Shown here: one piece after another, positions 51,570 to 62,406 of the stretch
Layout: each line of letters opens with the position of its first letter
Numbering within the stretch: position 1 is the first letter of the stretch
Assembly (NCBI GenBank): GCA_965242865.1
Contig: CBDETK010000013.1
Coordinates: forward strand, 960,001 to 1,024,000
Direction of reading: 5' to 3'
Origin: Candidatus Latescibacterota bacterium
GTDB taxonomy: Bacteria; Latescibacterota; UBA2968; UBA8231
DNA length: 64,000 nt
The notes under the pieces: model-generated
What the model was told of the DNA's origin: nothing
The model's input: only the letters and a program-made list of their open reading frames with translations
Database searches by the model: none
Program-made: the position numbers and the translations under genes

Positions 51570-54500
51570 CTAGGTCGTTCCCGCAGGGTATAGCGACGAT
51601 AGATCAACGGAGTATGGCCGACTCTTCCCTTCGCAAAAATACAGGGCCTTGAATCGGTCCATTTGCTTGATTTTGTCGATCAATCCTCGTTCCTGCTGCG
51701 AACTCGACACATTCCGCACCAACGACTTGGCATCCGCTTCGGTCAAGCGCAAAACGAGATAGTTGGCGATGGCTGAAAATACCGAGCCGTCGAAGTCCTT
51801 GGCCTCCTGCGAGGCGAGCACCAGCGAAATCCCGTACTTGCGGCACTCTTTTGCCATGGTGGGGATGAGCTTTAACCTTGCGGCCCGGTGCGCCTCGTCG
51901 AAAATCAAGGCGTGCGTAATCCGCTCTCGGATGCCTCGGCGGAACATGTCTTTGTAGAGTCCGTAAAACACCAACGACGCAAACGCTCGCTGGAGGTTGT
52001 CGTTTTGCGTCGTGTGAATGCGGATGACGGTCGGCTGCTCGCTCTCCCACAAGCTGCGATGGGACTCGCGCAGAGTGAAAAACCCGTAGTCTTCGAGCTC
52101 TTCCAAACGGGCAAGTAGCGTCCGCAACCCGCGGTCCGGTTTTGGCTCGCCGCGCAGAATTTCGACGAAGCGGCTGAACGCTGGCTCTTGCAAATCCGCG
52201 GGCGCGGCGTCGGCCTCTCCCCATCCGGCCTCGACAAAGCTCTCCTTGATGGCCCCGCGAATGCGCTCGGCCTGAATGTCGCCGAGTTCCGGGTAAATGG
52301 CCGCGAAAATGTCCCGCAGCGCGCCCGCTACGTCGAGATGCGCCCGCCGAGACCCGCGATCGACCACCTTTAGTGGGTTGAAATCCAAACCGTCAAACTC
52401 GATGAACCGCAGCGAGTTAGCTGACTCCTCAAGCCGCTCGTCAATGTCCTGATGATAGGAAAAGACGAGCGGGCGAATGCCGGCGGCCATCATCTGATTG
52501 CACAGGTTCAGCAGGCAGGTGGTCTTGCCCATGCCGGGCAGCCCCGCGATCAGAAGGTGGGGATTGCCCCGGACGGTCAGCGGCCAGCGGACTTCTGTGT
52601 TTGTAACGGGATCGGTGCCGAAACAGATCGCGGGAACGGCGTCCATAGAGGTCTGCCCGACCTGTGATTGTGCGTCCTCGGCCCGACCCCCAGCGGTTTG
52701 CGGCGCATCTAGCGGCTCAACCTGTGATTCCGCGTCCTCGGCCCGATCCCCAGCGAGCGGCCCGATCTCGGTCCGATCCCCAGCGGTTTGCGGCGCGTCC
52801 GCGAACCTTTCGGCGTCTTGTTCGGGCGACCGCAAGGCCGAATCGGGCAACAGGCTGGGACCGAACATGAACACCTGTATGCTCTGATCAGTAAAAATTT
52901 TGAGCGGCCTCGTTCCTTTATATTCGGGGCAAAAGACCCAGCCGCGGTCGCCGCTCTCGTCAGGGGCAAGCGCGTACTCGCCGCCCTTTGCGATCATGCG
53001 ATCCAGCTCGGCTACGAGCGCGTCATACCGCTCCTTTGGTAAATGGTGCCTACGCGCCTTGTCTGCATAAAAGCGCAGCACCCGGGCCAACTTGGTGCGC
53101 CGCACCGCTCTGAACGCCGAGCACCCTTCGTGCGAATACGAGTCGTTCCAACGCTGGCGCAGCCCAGCGGTCTGGTTCCGAATGTGGCTCAGCAGGTCTG
53201 GGGACCGTGCCGCACGTAAATCGCGGCGGTACTTGACCTCGACGAAGCGGAACACCAGTCCCTTTCCCTTTCTCGCGGCCGTGGTCACATACAGCAGGTC
53301 CGGCCGCATCTCCTGCTCATCGCCCTTTCCATCGGTCAGCGGCGGCAAGAGATCCCGAACATCATCTATCGGCACGATGAAGCCGCGCTCCAGCGATACC
53401 CAGCACGGGTCCGCCTCCTGCGCCCGCTGGCAATTTGCCTGCGAAACAGCGAGCGCGATCAACTCTGAAATCGTCTGCGGTTTGTCGCCGGTGAGGCGGA
53501 TGGCGAGCCGGCCGCTGAGGGCCTTGAGATGCTCCAAGAGGAACTTGGCGTTGCGACGACTGCGGCTGAGACCCATCTGATCTAAGGCACTGTCGAGGAG
53601 GATGCGGACCTCCTCCAAATTGCTGGTAGAGGTAATTAGCTGTAAGCAGCCTAAGTCCTCCCGTTCTGGAACGCAGTCAATCACGTACGCATCGTAGATG
53701 GTCCGATTGTCGCGCGGGGAATCGAAGTATTCAATGCCGGCGTTGCGGTCCAACGTGATGACCCAATCGCAAAGCTGGTGGAGCTTTTTGAGGCCCTCCT
53801 CCTTTTCCCGCGAGACCGCGGTACACAGCACCGGCCGCTTTCCATTTTCACCGCCGACGTGGCGCGCCACAGCCCCCTGTATGGCGCGTTGCAAGCGCTC
53901 CAAGCGATCGGTGTGCATCCGCTCTGATGGATGCTTTTCGCCGTCTTTTGCCAGCGCGACCCTGCTGCGCCATTGCGGCGCGGGCTGGGTGGTAAAATCG
54001 CGCTCGTAAAACGAAAGCAGGCCGAACGCATGGAACATCCCGTCCGGCCTCGCTTGCTCGTCCAGCTTTACCTGCGACTCAAAGGTGTCAAACGCGACCG
54101 CAACGTGGGCGGCGGTCTGCGGGTCCGGCCCATTTTTGCACGCCCAGCGCAACCTCGGCATGTTCACGCCGCCGGGCAGACTCACGGATTCGAGCATCCA
54201 CTGATCGCCGGCAGCCACCACACCAGCACCGCTGCGTCGCCGTTCCCGCGCCTCGGCGATGAACCGCCCGGCAATTCCGCGCTGCTCTTGAGAGGGATAC
54301 ATTTCCAGCAAGAAGGCGGGCGCATCTTGCGATTCCTCCTCGGAAGCATCCTCGGCATCGGCTTGGTGCTGACGGTCGTGGACGCGGCCCAGTGCCCGGG
54401 CAATGGTCAGGCCATCGCCCGCCCGAAGGGCGTGAACGCGGAGTAAGCGGGACGTGTTGTGGCAATCCAAGTATTTGCCGATCTCGGCCCCGACCACCTC

Positions 54501-56624
54501 GGCGCTCTGTTCCCCTACGGTCGGGGCGGCGTCCATGGCCTCGCCTTCTCCCAGCGCCCGGGCGAGAATCGCCACGGCTGCCTTAGGCTCTTTGTCCGCG
54601 TCCGGGACCATGCCGACTGCGTGAAAGCCGAGGGTGTCGGCAAAGACAAACGATCCGCCGGTTGGATTCGGGAGAAAGGCCGGGAACATGGCGCCGTCCA
54701 AGCACTGGAATTCGCGTCTTACGTCTTGCGCCTTTTGATCCTGCTCAAAGGCCGCGTGGAAAACGAGGTTGTCATACGCCGCATGCCACGCGACGCGCAA
54801 CGGGTGCGTCGGCAGGACGATGAGGCCAATTATCTGTCCGGCAAGGGATTGCACCTCTACGGTGTTGCACAGCGCAAGGGCTGGATCGCCGCTCTCCAAC
54901 AATGCCGTCCAAGCGCGGATGTACTCGCGGACCGCATCAAACGCTTTCGCCTTATCGTCATAGACGTGGCCGACCACACTGCCACCCTTGCGGACGCGGT
55001 CGGCCAACCTTCGGCTCGCCACGACGGCTCGCTCCCATATTGGCCCCTCGTCCTCATGGGGGATGAACTCCGTGGCTCCCGCTCGGACGCCGGACGACCG
55101 AACCTTGACGCGCCAATGCCCAATTGCTCCGCCTCGTTCCGTCTCCGTCCATTGCTTTTCTACCTCGCGGAGCAGCGGCGGGCAGGATACGCGAAAACTC
55201 AGCCGTTTTGTACCGGACGTGCGTAGCAGCGCCAAGTTGCGTTTCGCGTCAAAACCAAAACCTGTTGGACTATCGGCTATGGCGGACACGCTCTCTCGCT
55301 CGTCAAGTTCGACCAACCCCTCGCTGAACGCCCGAACCGTTTTGCCTACCCCTCCCGCGGTCTTTTCGGGCGGGTCGCCAAAGCGGATGACGAACTCCTC
55401 GCTTTCTTGCGGTTCGACCTTGTCGTTGCCCACCGCGGAAACTACCACTTTGGCGGAGACCAGCGAGTCTTCGTTTAGCATGGAGAAGTCGTCATTGCTG
55501 AACCGGCACTTCTCCCCGCCTTTACGCGCCGAGTGGCTCACGTCGTGCGCGGCTAACTCTTGGTCCTCGCCAGCTACGACAGCAACGCGGTACTCCACGG
55601 CGTTCTTTTCCAAGTTGCCGGGCCGCACCTTCCAGCGGATTTCCAGATTCTTATAGTCAGCCGACGACGCGGCTTCGGGCTTCAGGCGCAGAACCGGCGG
55701 TTGTGCATCGGCGTCTTCGCCGAACAGGGTAGCGGATTCCGCTTCCAATCCCGACCACCTCGCTACCGTGCCGTTGCGGGTGCGCCAAGGCGTCAGTTCA
55801 ATCGCCTGAATGGCATCGGCATTCTCTATCTGCAATTCACCTACCCACAGGTGCTTCTCATCGGCCAATTTTTCCAGCGCAGATAGCTGCGGTTGGGTTT
55901 CCGCCGCGTGCAGGAAGCCTGCCAGTGCTTGGCGTTGCTCGTCCGTCGGCTTGGAAAGCCGCAGTGACTCAATCCGCGCCGCAATGGTCTGCCCAGAGGC
56001 CGCCGTTCCCAACAGGTGATCGACAAACCGGCGCGAGTCGTCTAGGGCCATCTCGTCTAAACCGGCGGATTTCGCAATGGGCCACAGGCCGAGCAGGTGG
56101 AGATACGCGCCGGGATGCCGGTTGTGCGACGCGATGCGGCAGAGAAAGTCAAACGCGGTCCATGGCGAAACGCTGTACTGACGGCCAAATCCCTGCGCCT
56201 TTTTGATCGCTTGCTCGGCATATTGGCGGTGGGCACTCGACAATCGGCGCGTCACCTCGGCTCCAGCCAGTCGTTGAGCTTCCTTGAATAGGCTTGTTTC
56301 ATCTACCTCCCGCGACGCACTGTAGATGCCGTCCATGCCGGCCCCGGCAAGCTGGGTATCTACCAGCAGCAAGGTGGCATCGCCTTTGGCCTCGCGCATC
56401 TCGACCGCACGGTCCGCGGTAATGGTCCGCAGGTTGGTATCATCCGAATCCGCCACCCGCCAAACCTGCCAATTCTGTACGCAGAAGTTTTCGTCCGCCG
56501 CGAGCCTTTCCACCACATCCGGCGTCAGGCAGCGGACAAAAGCCACGGTTCCGGGTTCAGGTCGGTCCAACACCTTCTCAAACGCCTGCCCGAATACTTG
56601 CCCATGCAGTCTGGTCCACTCCAT
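51570..56624 (-). CDS. large defence protein: PD-(D/E)xK-like nuclease + C-terminal HerA/FtsK ATPase (MAD8/DptH-like)
   Basis: RPDLLY...FVEVK; AGLPGMGKT, LIFDEAH, ECRKYGISLVLASQ; 1684 aa. Confidence 0.78.
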   Translation of the reverse strand: MEWTRLHGQVFGQAFEKVLDRPEPGTVAFVRCLTPDVVERLAADENFCVQNWQVWRVADSDDTNLRTITADRAVEMREAKGDATLLLVDTQLAGAGMDGIYSASREVDETSLFKEAQRLAGAEVTRRLSSAHRQYAEQAIKKAQGFGRQYSVSPWTAFDFLCRIASHNRHPGAYLHLLGLWPIAKSAGLDEMALDDSRRFVDHLLGTAASGQTIAARIESLRLSKPTDEQRQALAGFLHAAETQPQLSALEKLADEKHLWVGELQIENADAIQAIELTPWRTRNGTVARWSGLEAESATLFGEDADAQPPVLRLKPEAASSADYKNLEIRWKVRPGNLEKNAVEYRVAVVAGEDQELAAHDVSHSARKGGEKCRFSNDDFSMLNEDSLVSAKVVVSAVGNDKVEPQESEEFVIRFGDPPEKTAGGVGKTVRAFSEGLVELDERESVSAIADSPTGFGFDAKRNLALLRTSGTKRLSFRVSCPPLLREVEKQWTETERGGAIGHWRVKVRSSGVRAGATEFIPHEDEGPIWERAVVASRRLADRVRKGGSVVGHVYDDKAKAFDAVREYIRAWTALLESGDPALALCNTVEVQSLAGQIIGLIVLPTHPLRVAWHAAYDNLVFHAAFEQDQKAQDVRREFQCLDGAMFPAFLPNPTGGSFVFADTLGFHAVGMVPDADKEPKAAVAILARALGEGEAMDAAPTVGEQSAEVVGAEIGKYLDCHNTSRLLRVHALRAGDGLTIARALGRVHDRQHQADAEDASEEESQDAPAFLLEMYPSQEQRGIAGRFIAEARERRRSGAGVVAAGDQWMLESVSLPGGVNMPRLRWACKNGPDPQTAAHVAVAFDTFESQVKLDEQARPDGMFHAFGLLSFYERDFTTQPAPQWRSRVALAKDGEKHPSERMHTDRLERLQRAIQGAVARHVGGENGKRPVLCTAVSREKEEGLKKLHQLCDWVITLDRNAGIEYFDSPRDNRTIYDAYVIDCVPEREDLGCLQLITSTSNLEEVRILLDSALDQMGLSRSRRNAKFLLEHLKALSGRLAIRLTGDKPQTISELIALAVSQANCQRAQEADPCWVSLERGFIVPIDDVRDLLPPLTDGKGDEQEMRPDLLYVTTAARKGKGLVFRFVEVKYRRDLRAARSPDLLSHIRNQTAGLRQRWNDSYSHEGCSAFRAVRRTKLARVLRFYADKARRHHLPKERYDALVAELDRMIAKGGEYALAPDESGDRGWVFCPEYKGTRPLKIFTDQSIQVFMFGPSLLPDSALRSPEQDAERFADAPQTAGDRTEIGPLAGDRAEDAESQVEPLDAPQTAGGRAEDAQSQVGQTSMDAVPAICFGTDPVTNTEVRWPLTVRGNPHLLIAGLPGMGKTTCLLNLCNQMMAAGIRPLVFSYHQDIDERLEESANSLRFIEFDGLDFNPLKVVDRGSRRAHLDVAGALRDIFAAIYPELGDIQAERIRGAIKESFVEAGWGEADAAPADLQEPAFSRFVEILRGEPKPDRGLRTLLARLEELEDYGFFTLRESHRSLWESEQPTVIRIHTTQNDNLQRAFASLVFYGLYKDMFRRGIRERITHALIFDEAHRAARLKLIPTMAKECRKYGISLVLASQEAKDFDGSVFSAIANYLVLRLTEADAKSLVRNVSSSQQERGLIDKIKQMDRFKALYFCEGKSRPYSVDLSSLYPAGTT
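52661..52800 (-). repeat. intragenic direct repeats in the nuclease-ATPase linker
   Basis: DAPQTAG x2 and RAEDA(E/Q)SQV x2, matching at DNA level. Confidence 0.8.
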
Positions 56625-56629
56625 ATCAA

Positions 56630-58397
56630 TCAGTTCTCCATCACTGGCTTGAAGCGAGGCTCCAGCCGCTTCATCGCTTCTGCATCGTTGACGCCCACCA
56701 AAAGCCCTAGGTCGCGCAGACGCCGCTCTAAGATCGTGCGATTCCTTTGCAGCAATTCGTTGGAGATCGTCATCCCCGGCGGGGCGGTATCCACGTGGAA
56801 TCCATAGCGGTCGCGCAAAATTTCGAGAAACGCCCTGAATGAAAGGGGGCGGACATCCGGTTTGTTGCCCGGCCGCAATAAGTGGAGATGTACCAGATAG
56901 TCCAGCACCGAATCGGTGAACACGAGGGAACGGACATCGCGCCGCCTACCGCCTCGCGTCGTTTTCCGTTTTGTAGCCAGTCCATTTGGACGCCCGATGA
57001 GCAAACTCGAGTCGATCATTTCTGTGAAATGTCTGCGAAATTTCGACCCCATGAGCACCATCAATCCCTCGGCGAGCCGCCAGACCGGGTGGTTGTTATC
57101 CTCGTTATCGAGAATCTCCGCGGCTTCGGAATAATCACCCGCCAGTTCTCCGGCCAACTTTTCGGCGTCGTCTTCGATTCCGAGTCGGATTCTTACCGCT
57201 TGCTGATGGCGGTCTTGGAGCAAATCCCCCAACAGATTCAGCCAATCCGTGGCATAAGGGCGGGTTGGAATATTCTGTTTTTTGATTTCCCTGTTGTCCC
57301 GTGCGTGATAATCCAGCAACCGCAGGACCATCAAAATGACGGGAAAACGTTCCATGCGCCGCATGGCATCATCCATAGATTGCTCGGCTACGTCCCTCCC
57401 CATTTGAGCAATCCACAAACAAAGGAGCGGGGTCTTGTTCTTGTTCTTCTGGAACCTCACCCGTATCGGACCACCGAAATAGCAACTCTATCGCGCTGGT
57501 AAGAATGGTCGTCAAACCGATGGCAATGCAGGACTCCATCATATCTACCAGAGCGTAGCGCGGCACACGGGCCGCATAAGCGCGTGTGAAGCGACGAATG
57601 TCTTCGGAAAAATCCTCTGCTGCGCACTTGGCGATGGGGCGTTGATTGGAAATTGGCCCCGCTTCTTTGCCGCGCATCTTGTCCGGTGCTGCCTCAAGTT
57701 GTTGCGCGAGTCGGATCATCAACAGTTGGTCCAGCCCAACCGAGTCATCTGCCTCATTGAATCGGTCGGATGTGAGATCGCTTATGACCTCTCCGCGGCG
57801 CACAACGCCTTGGCTGAATGCGTCCAACAAAATGTTCTCTTCGTACTTCTTCCCCACCGGGAACCAAGTCTTTTTGCCATCGCTCGGCTGAACGGTCTCG
57901 CCCTTTTGATCAGCCAGCATCGCGACGATCATTTCGGGGACATAGCGGAGATGCACCACGCTTGTTGGTAGATCGATCCAACTCGCCATGTAATGGGCAG
58001 GTGCCACGCGCTGAATTGGCTGGTCGCGTCCCAAACCGTGCCTGATATTTTCAAGGCAGAAACAGAGCAACAAATCGCCGAGGATGGCTTGCTCAGCTTC
58101 GCCCGTAAACCCGTCCAACTCCGCTGCGCGGGAAAGGGTCTCTGCAATGCGTTCGATATTCGCAGATCTCCTTCTTTGGCTGGGTGACCCATTTTTGTCG
58201 GCAAAGGTCTTGAGAAAATTTCCGCCACCTCTGCGCTGACCGAAGCGGAACATGTAGAAAACCGCGGGAAGAACCGCGGATATTTCGAAACTCTGCACCG
58301 AGACCGGCAACACCTCGTCGTAGTTACCGGACCAAATTTCTCGGGTCATGCTGGGAGACAATACGTCTTCGACGAGTTTGCGGGCATTATCGGCCAT
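56630..58397 (-). pseudogene. MAD7/DptG-like protein split by a frameshift near 57395
   Basis: Overlapping ORFs join ...PLFVDCSNG / DVAEQSMDD...; C-terminal LERRLRDLGLLVGVNDA; located between kinase and ATPase genes. Confidence 0.7.
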
Positions 58398-61300
58398 TTG
58401 TCATCCCCTCCAGTCGCTGAATAATCATCTGTTGCTGAACGTCGCTCCCGTCCCCTCCGACGATCTCCGCAGAAACCTCGTAGATCGCCTCGTCCTGCAT
58501 TGGATTCCAAGCCAATATCCTGCGGTCGTCCTCGCGCACCAGCCGCTGCACAAAGATCGACAAGTGGGCAAAGGTGTCGTCGGTCGAGACATCGCCCAAC
58601 TGGTAGCCATCGCTCAGTTCCAGCAGCAAGTGAAACAGATCGGCACCGAGGCGGAGCCGCTCTTCCCCTCCACGCCGATAGCGGTAGATCAAAAAGGCTT
58701 GGCGATGCAGCCGATCAAGCTCTTCGGCTTCGGCTGGCAAAACGGGTTCAAGCCGAAAGCGGGTCAGCGGCTTTTCCACCCAGAACGCAGTTTCCGTCGG
58801 CGTCCGCGGCGTGATGCGTAGCGGGACCACCACATCAGAGCGGTCAAGTGCTTGGGGCGGCAGACTTTCCAAACGCTCAATCCCCTCGCACAGCCTCCGG
58901 CACAGATCGTCACAATCACCGATTGGGATATTTGGGATATTGCTGAACGCCCGATAATGCCGCGCTTGGGCCAAGCCGAGGGCATGACGGTCTGCGGCAA
59001 TCTTGGCGATGCGGTCTTCGCCCCATTCAAAGTAGGCCCGCCGCCGCTCCGATTCCAATTCCAGGCCGCCCGTGGCATCGCGCAGCAGTTGCCGATCAAT
59101 CTTAGGATGCGCTTCAAGAGCCGGATCAAAGCGAATCAGCTCTTGCAGCACTTCGCCCTGTCGCCCCGGCGACTCCGGCGCAAAAGCGCGGTCCCAATAG
59201 GGCAACCGATCTTCCGCACTGTTGTGATAGTCGCTGCAAAAGTGAACGCCAAACAGGATATAGACCAAGGCGGCCCGCAGTTCGCGCACCGTGATATGGG
59301 TTTCGCCGCGCAGGTGAACGGCTTGCAACATCTCAAACAGCCGCTGCCGAGCGCGAGTACGCTCACCGTCCGAGACCATGCCGGGCAGCCCTTTGGGGCC
59401 AAACCACCGCATGGCGCGGCGCACCTCGCACCGATCTTGCGCCGAACACGTCTCGCAAGGTTCCCAAATCTGGGGGGCCTTCTCTTTGCCGTAGAGACTG
59501 TCTAGCAAATCTTCGAGAAAGCGGGTATCAATGCGCCCTTCGCTCGGCAAAACGCTGCCGACGAGCGACCGTTGATTGAGGCTAATGAAGCGGATGTGCG
59601 ATTCGGGCGGGGTTTCCTCGCCGTTGAGCAGATCGTAGAGAGCCTGTGTCAACGGCGTTCCCGCTTCGCTCTCGACGCGCTCAATCCACTCCAAGAGACG
59701 CCCATCGTTAATCGCCAAAAGATGGACGAGGTCTTCTTCGGGCACACCCTGTTGAAACGGCCCCAAGAATTCATCTAAAAGATCATCGGCCGACCGCCCC
59801 TCCCACGACGCCGACCCATCGAGATTCATGCGGACGATCAGACCATCGTCCATCCGCTGCTCCAGAATGCGCTCTGAGGAATCGCGGACCTCAAACCCAA
59901 GGCCACGAGCAAGGTGCTGAAGCAACGCGGTTTTCCCATCGCCAGCGTTGCCACACAAGACGACGAGCCGAACTTCTCGCAACAGAATGTCGCCACGCAG
60001 TGCATCTTCGAGCGGAGTTTCAACGTAGGTTTGCGCGGCGAAGTCCGTGTCAAGGCCGCGAGTTTCGCTGTTTCCCCAGCGAGAGCCGGGGTAAGATTGC
60101 AGCAAGTCCCGCAGATGAGACACTTCGTTTTCACGGCGAGCGGGTGGTTCCGCAACCTCGCCAGCGGATTCACCGGCCCTCTCGGCCTCCGTAGCCGAAG
60201 GTGGACTCAAAGCGGCCTTTGCTTTCGCCGCAGACGCAAATCGCTGGGCCGGGTCGGGATGCGTCGCTTGCTTCAGGAAGGCGGCGACGGTGGGGTACTG
60301 TTCGCGCTCGACGCCCTCCCAGTTCAAGCCGCGTTCCTTGGCCCGGCTGCCGTCGTACATAAACGGCTCTTTCTCAAAAAGCACCTGAAAGAAGCTGGCG
60401 GCCAGCGCGAAGAAGTCGTCCGCAGGAACGGCCAAGCGGTCTTTGAGCGGCCCATCCGCGCTATACAGGACAGTGCCGGGCGCGACGACCCGCTCCCCCA
60501 CCTTGGCGACACAGTCGTAGTCCGTCAAAACGATCTCGGCGTCGGCAACGATCAAGTTGCGCGGGCTGACGTCGCCATGCACCAAGCCGTTGCGATGCAA
60601 AACGTCCAACGCCTCGCAAACCGTTCGCAACCAACGCAACGCTAAGGCTTCCGCGGCCTCTTCTTGGAAATCTTCGGCTAAGATCGGGAGGACGCCGGCC
60701 AGTTCGCTCAAAGGTTCGCCCTCGACCCACTGCATCAAGGCGACGAAGCCATTGTCGCGCCACTCCGCCGCCGTTTCAAATATGGTCGAAAGCCCGGCCG
60801 AAGCCGCGAGATGCGGACGCGCCAGATCGTATGCCGGGAGAACCCGTTGGCCGGTTTTTTCGTCCCAGACCACCTTGGCGACGTAAGCCCCGAGATCTCC
60901 GCCCGTCGCGCCCTCGATCTCCACCACCTTGAACGTGGTTCCGACCCCACCGGAACCGAGCCGCGAAACGATCCGGTACTTCCGGCCGCGAAAGTTCACC
61001 TCTTGATCTTCGGTCCAGAACCGAGCCGGTGGCACGACGACGACCGGCGGTTCGCCCAACAGGTCCGACAACGAGTCGCGGAGTTCTTCCAACGTAGCTC
61101 GCTCGGCTGGACCGTCCACCTTCCCCTCGGCCAGCACCATGCTCGCCTCTAAACTCTCGTCGTCGTCTCGCTCTGCGAACAGCACGGCCAGACTGGCGCA
61201 CAACGAATACACGTCCGATTGGCGATCCGCCGCCCCAAGACCCTGCTGGCGAATCTCGGGCGCCACCGCCTCGTCCCACTCGTCCTCGGCACTGCCGGAG

Positions 61301-62361
61301 ACCGCCATCGTGACGTCCGCGGGAATCCGGGCGTACTGAAAGCCCGTCAAGATCGGCGTGTTGTCGTGTCTGACCAGAATCGTGCCCGACGTGAGGTTCC
61401 GGTGCAACATAGGCTCCTCGCCTTCCCCCGCTTCGTGCAACTCCATCAACGCTTCTACGGCTTGCCGAGCAAAGGCCAGTCGCGCCGTCGCATCCCAAGT
61501 GCCGTCGGCGGTCCGCTCCTCAACGCTAGGGGCCGCCGGGTCTGCAACCGTGAAGAACCCCAGCTCGCCCGCGTACCCCGGTGCTCCTTGGAATGAATCG
61601 ACAATGCGCGGTGCCCAAGCATGAAGTTGCAGCCGGTGCAGTGCGTCAAATTCCCGCCGCGCCCTTTCCTCTGGGTTCGGCTGGTCGGTTGCCGACAGGT
61701 CGTACAGATGCAGGAGCACGGAATCGCGACGAGTAGAATGCGTCCCCTTGTACATTCGATGAAACCGCTCGTCCGCCGGCGTCTGGAGCGTCAGATTGCC
61801 ATAATCAGCCAAGCGTCTCAGCACCCCGTCTATCGCCACACTGGCCTTCGGGTACAGCACCTTGCCCAGCCTCTTGACCTGCGACAGCGATAGAGCGGCC
61901 GGCTCACCCAACCCCAAGGCCCCTTTCCAAGCTCTCAACGTGTGGAACCGGACGCCGCGGATTTCCTGCCCCTCAAGCGGCTTGACCTTCGCGGCATCCT
62001 GCGTGACCAAGAACACCCCATCCACCCGGCCAAGCTCCGGGATCACCCGGCGCAAGGTGGTGCCAACCTTGCGCGCCTTGTTCGCCACCCGCTCGGCCTC
62101 GCGCTCCACAAGATCGGGATTCCGCTTCACCCAAGTCGCGTTCCAGTGCTTGACCTCAATGACCCGAACCCCGTGCGGGCCAATGGCGACCATGTCGATT
62201 TCGTCTGATTGGCGTCGATGGCTGGTAGAAAACGCGAGGTTCGTCAACAGCAGCCACTCGCCATCGCCCTGTTCAGCGATCAAGCCCGTCTTGAGCCGCT
62301 CAAAGGCCCTCCGCTCGCTCTCATTGACGGCCAGCCCACAGCTAATCAGTTCTACCTTCAT
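58387..62361 (-). CDS. NERD nuclease + pseudo-kinase + Ser/Thr kinase + P-loop domain (MAD6-like)
   Basis: EIDMVAIG..VIEVKHW; HRNLTSG (no catalytic D); LGSGGVG, VAK, HGDVSPRNL, TDY; CGNAGDGKT. Confidence 0.82.
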   Translation of the reverse strand: MKVELISCGLAVNESERRAFERLKTGLIAEQGDGEWLLLTNLAFSTSHRRQSDEIDMVAIGPHGVRVIEVKHWNATWVKRNPDLVEREAERVANKARKVGTTLRRVIPELGRVDGVFLVTQDAAKVKPLEGQEIRGVRFHTLRAWKGALGLGEPAALSLSQVKRLGKVLYPKASVAIDGVLRRLADYGNLTLQTPADERFHRMYKGTHSTRRDSVLLHLYDLSATDQPNPEERARREFDALHRLQLHAWAPRIVDSFQGAPGYAGELGFFTVADPAAPSVEERTADGTWDATARLAFARQAVEALMELHEAGEGEEPMLHRNLTSGTILVRHDNTPILTGFQYARIPADVTMAVSGSAEDEWDEAVAPEIRQQGLGAADRQSDVYSLCASLAVLFAERDDDESLEASMVLAEGKVDGPAERATLEELRDSLSDLLGEPPVVVVPPARFWTEDQEVNFRGRKYRIVSRLGSGGVGTTFKVVEIEGATGGDLGAYVAKVVWDEKTGQRVLPAYDLARPHLAASAGLSTIFETAAEWRDNGFVALMQWVEGEPLSELAGVLPILAEDFQEEAAEALALRWLRTVCEALDVLHRNGLVHGDVSPRNLIVADAEIVLTDYDCVAKVGERVVAPGTVLYSADGPLKDRLAVPADDFFALAASFFQVLFEKEPFMYDGSRAKERGLNWEGVEREQYPTVAAFLKQATHPDPAQRFASAAKAKAALSPPSATEAERAGESAGEVAEPPARRENEVSHLRDLLQSYPGSRWGNSETRGLDTDFAAQTYVETPLEDALRGDILLREVRLVVLCGNAGDGKTALLQHLARGLGFEVRDSSERILEQRMDDGLIVRMNLDGSASWEGRSADDLLDEFLGPFQQGVPEEDLVHLLAINDGRLLEWIERVESEAGTPLTQALYDLLNGEETPPESHIRFISLNQRSLVGSVLPSEGRIDTRFLEDLLDSLYGKEKAPQIWEPCETCSAQDRCEVRRAMRWFGPKGLPGMVSDGERTRARQRLFEMLQAVHLRGETHITVRELRAALVYILFGVHFCSDYHNSAEDRLPYWDRAFAPESPGRQGEVLQELIRFDPALEAHPKIDRQLLRDATGGLELESERRRAYFEWGEDRIAKIAADRHALGLAQARHYRAFSNIPNIPIGDCDDLCRRLCEGIERLESLPPQALDRSDVVVPLRITPRTPTETAFWVEKPLTRFRLEPVLPAEAEELDRLHRQAFLIYRYRRGGEERLRLGADLFHLLLELSDGYQLGDVSTDDTFAHLSIFVQRLVREDDRRILAWNPMQDEAIYEVSAEIVGGDGSDVQQQMIIQRLEGMTNGR

Positions 62362-62406
62362 CGGTCGTCGCCTTCCACGATTAAACCTCCCGCAGCCAAT
62401 TGCCCT

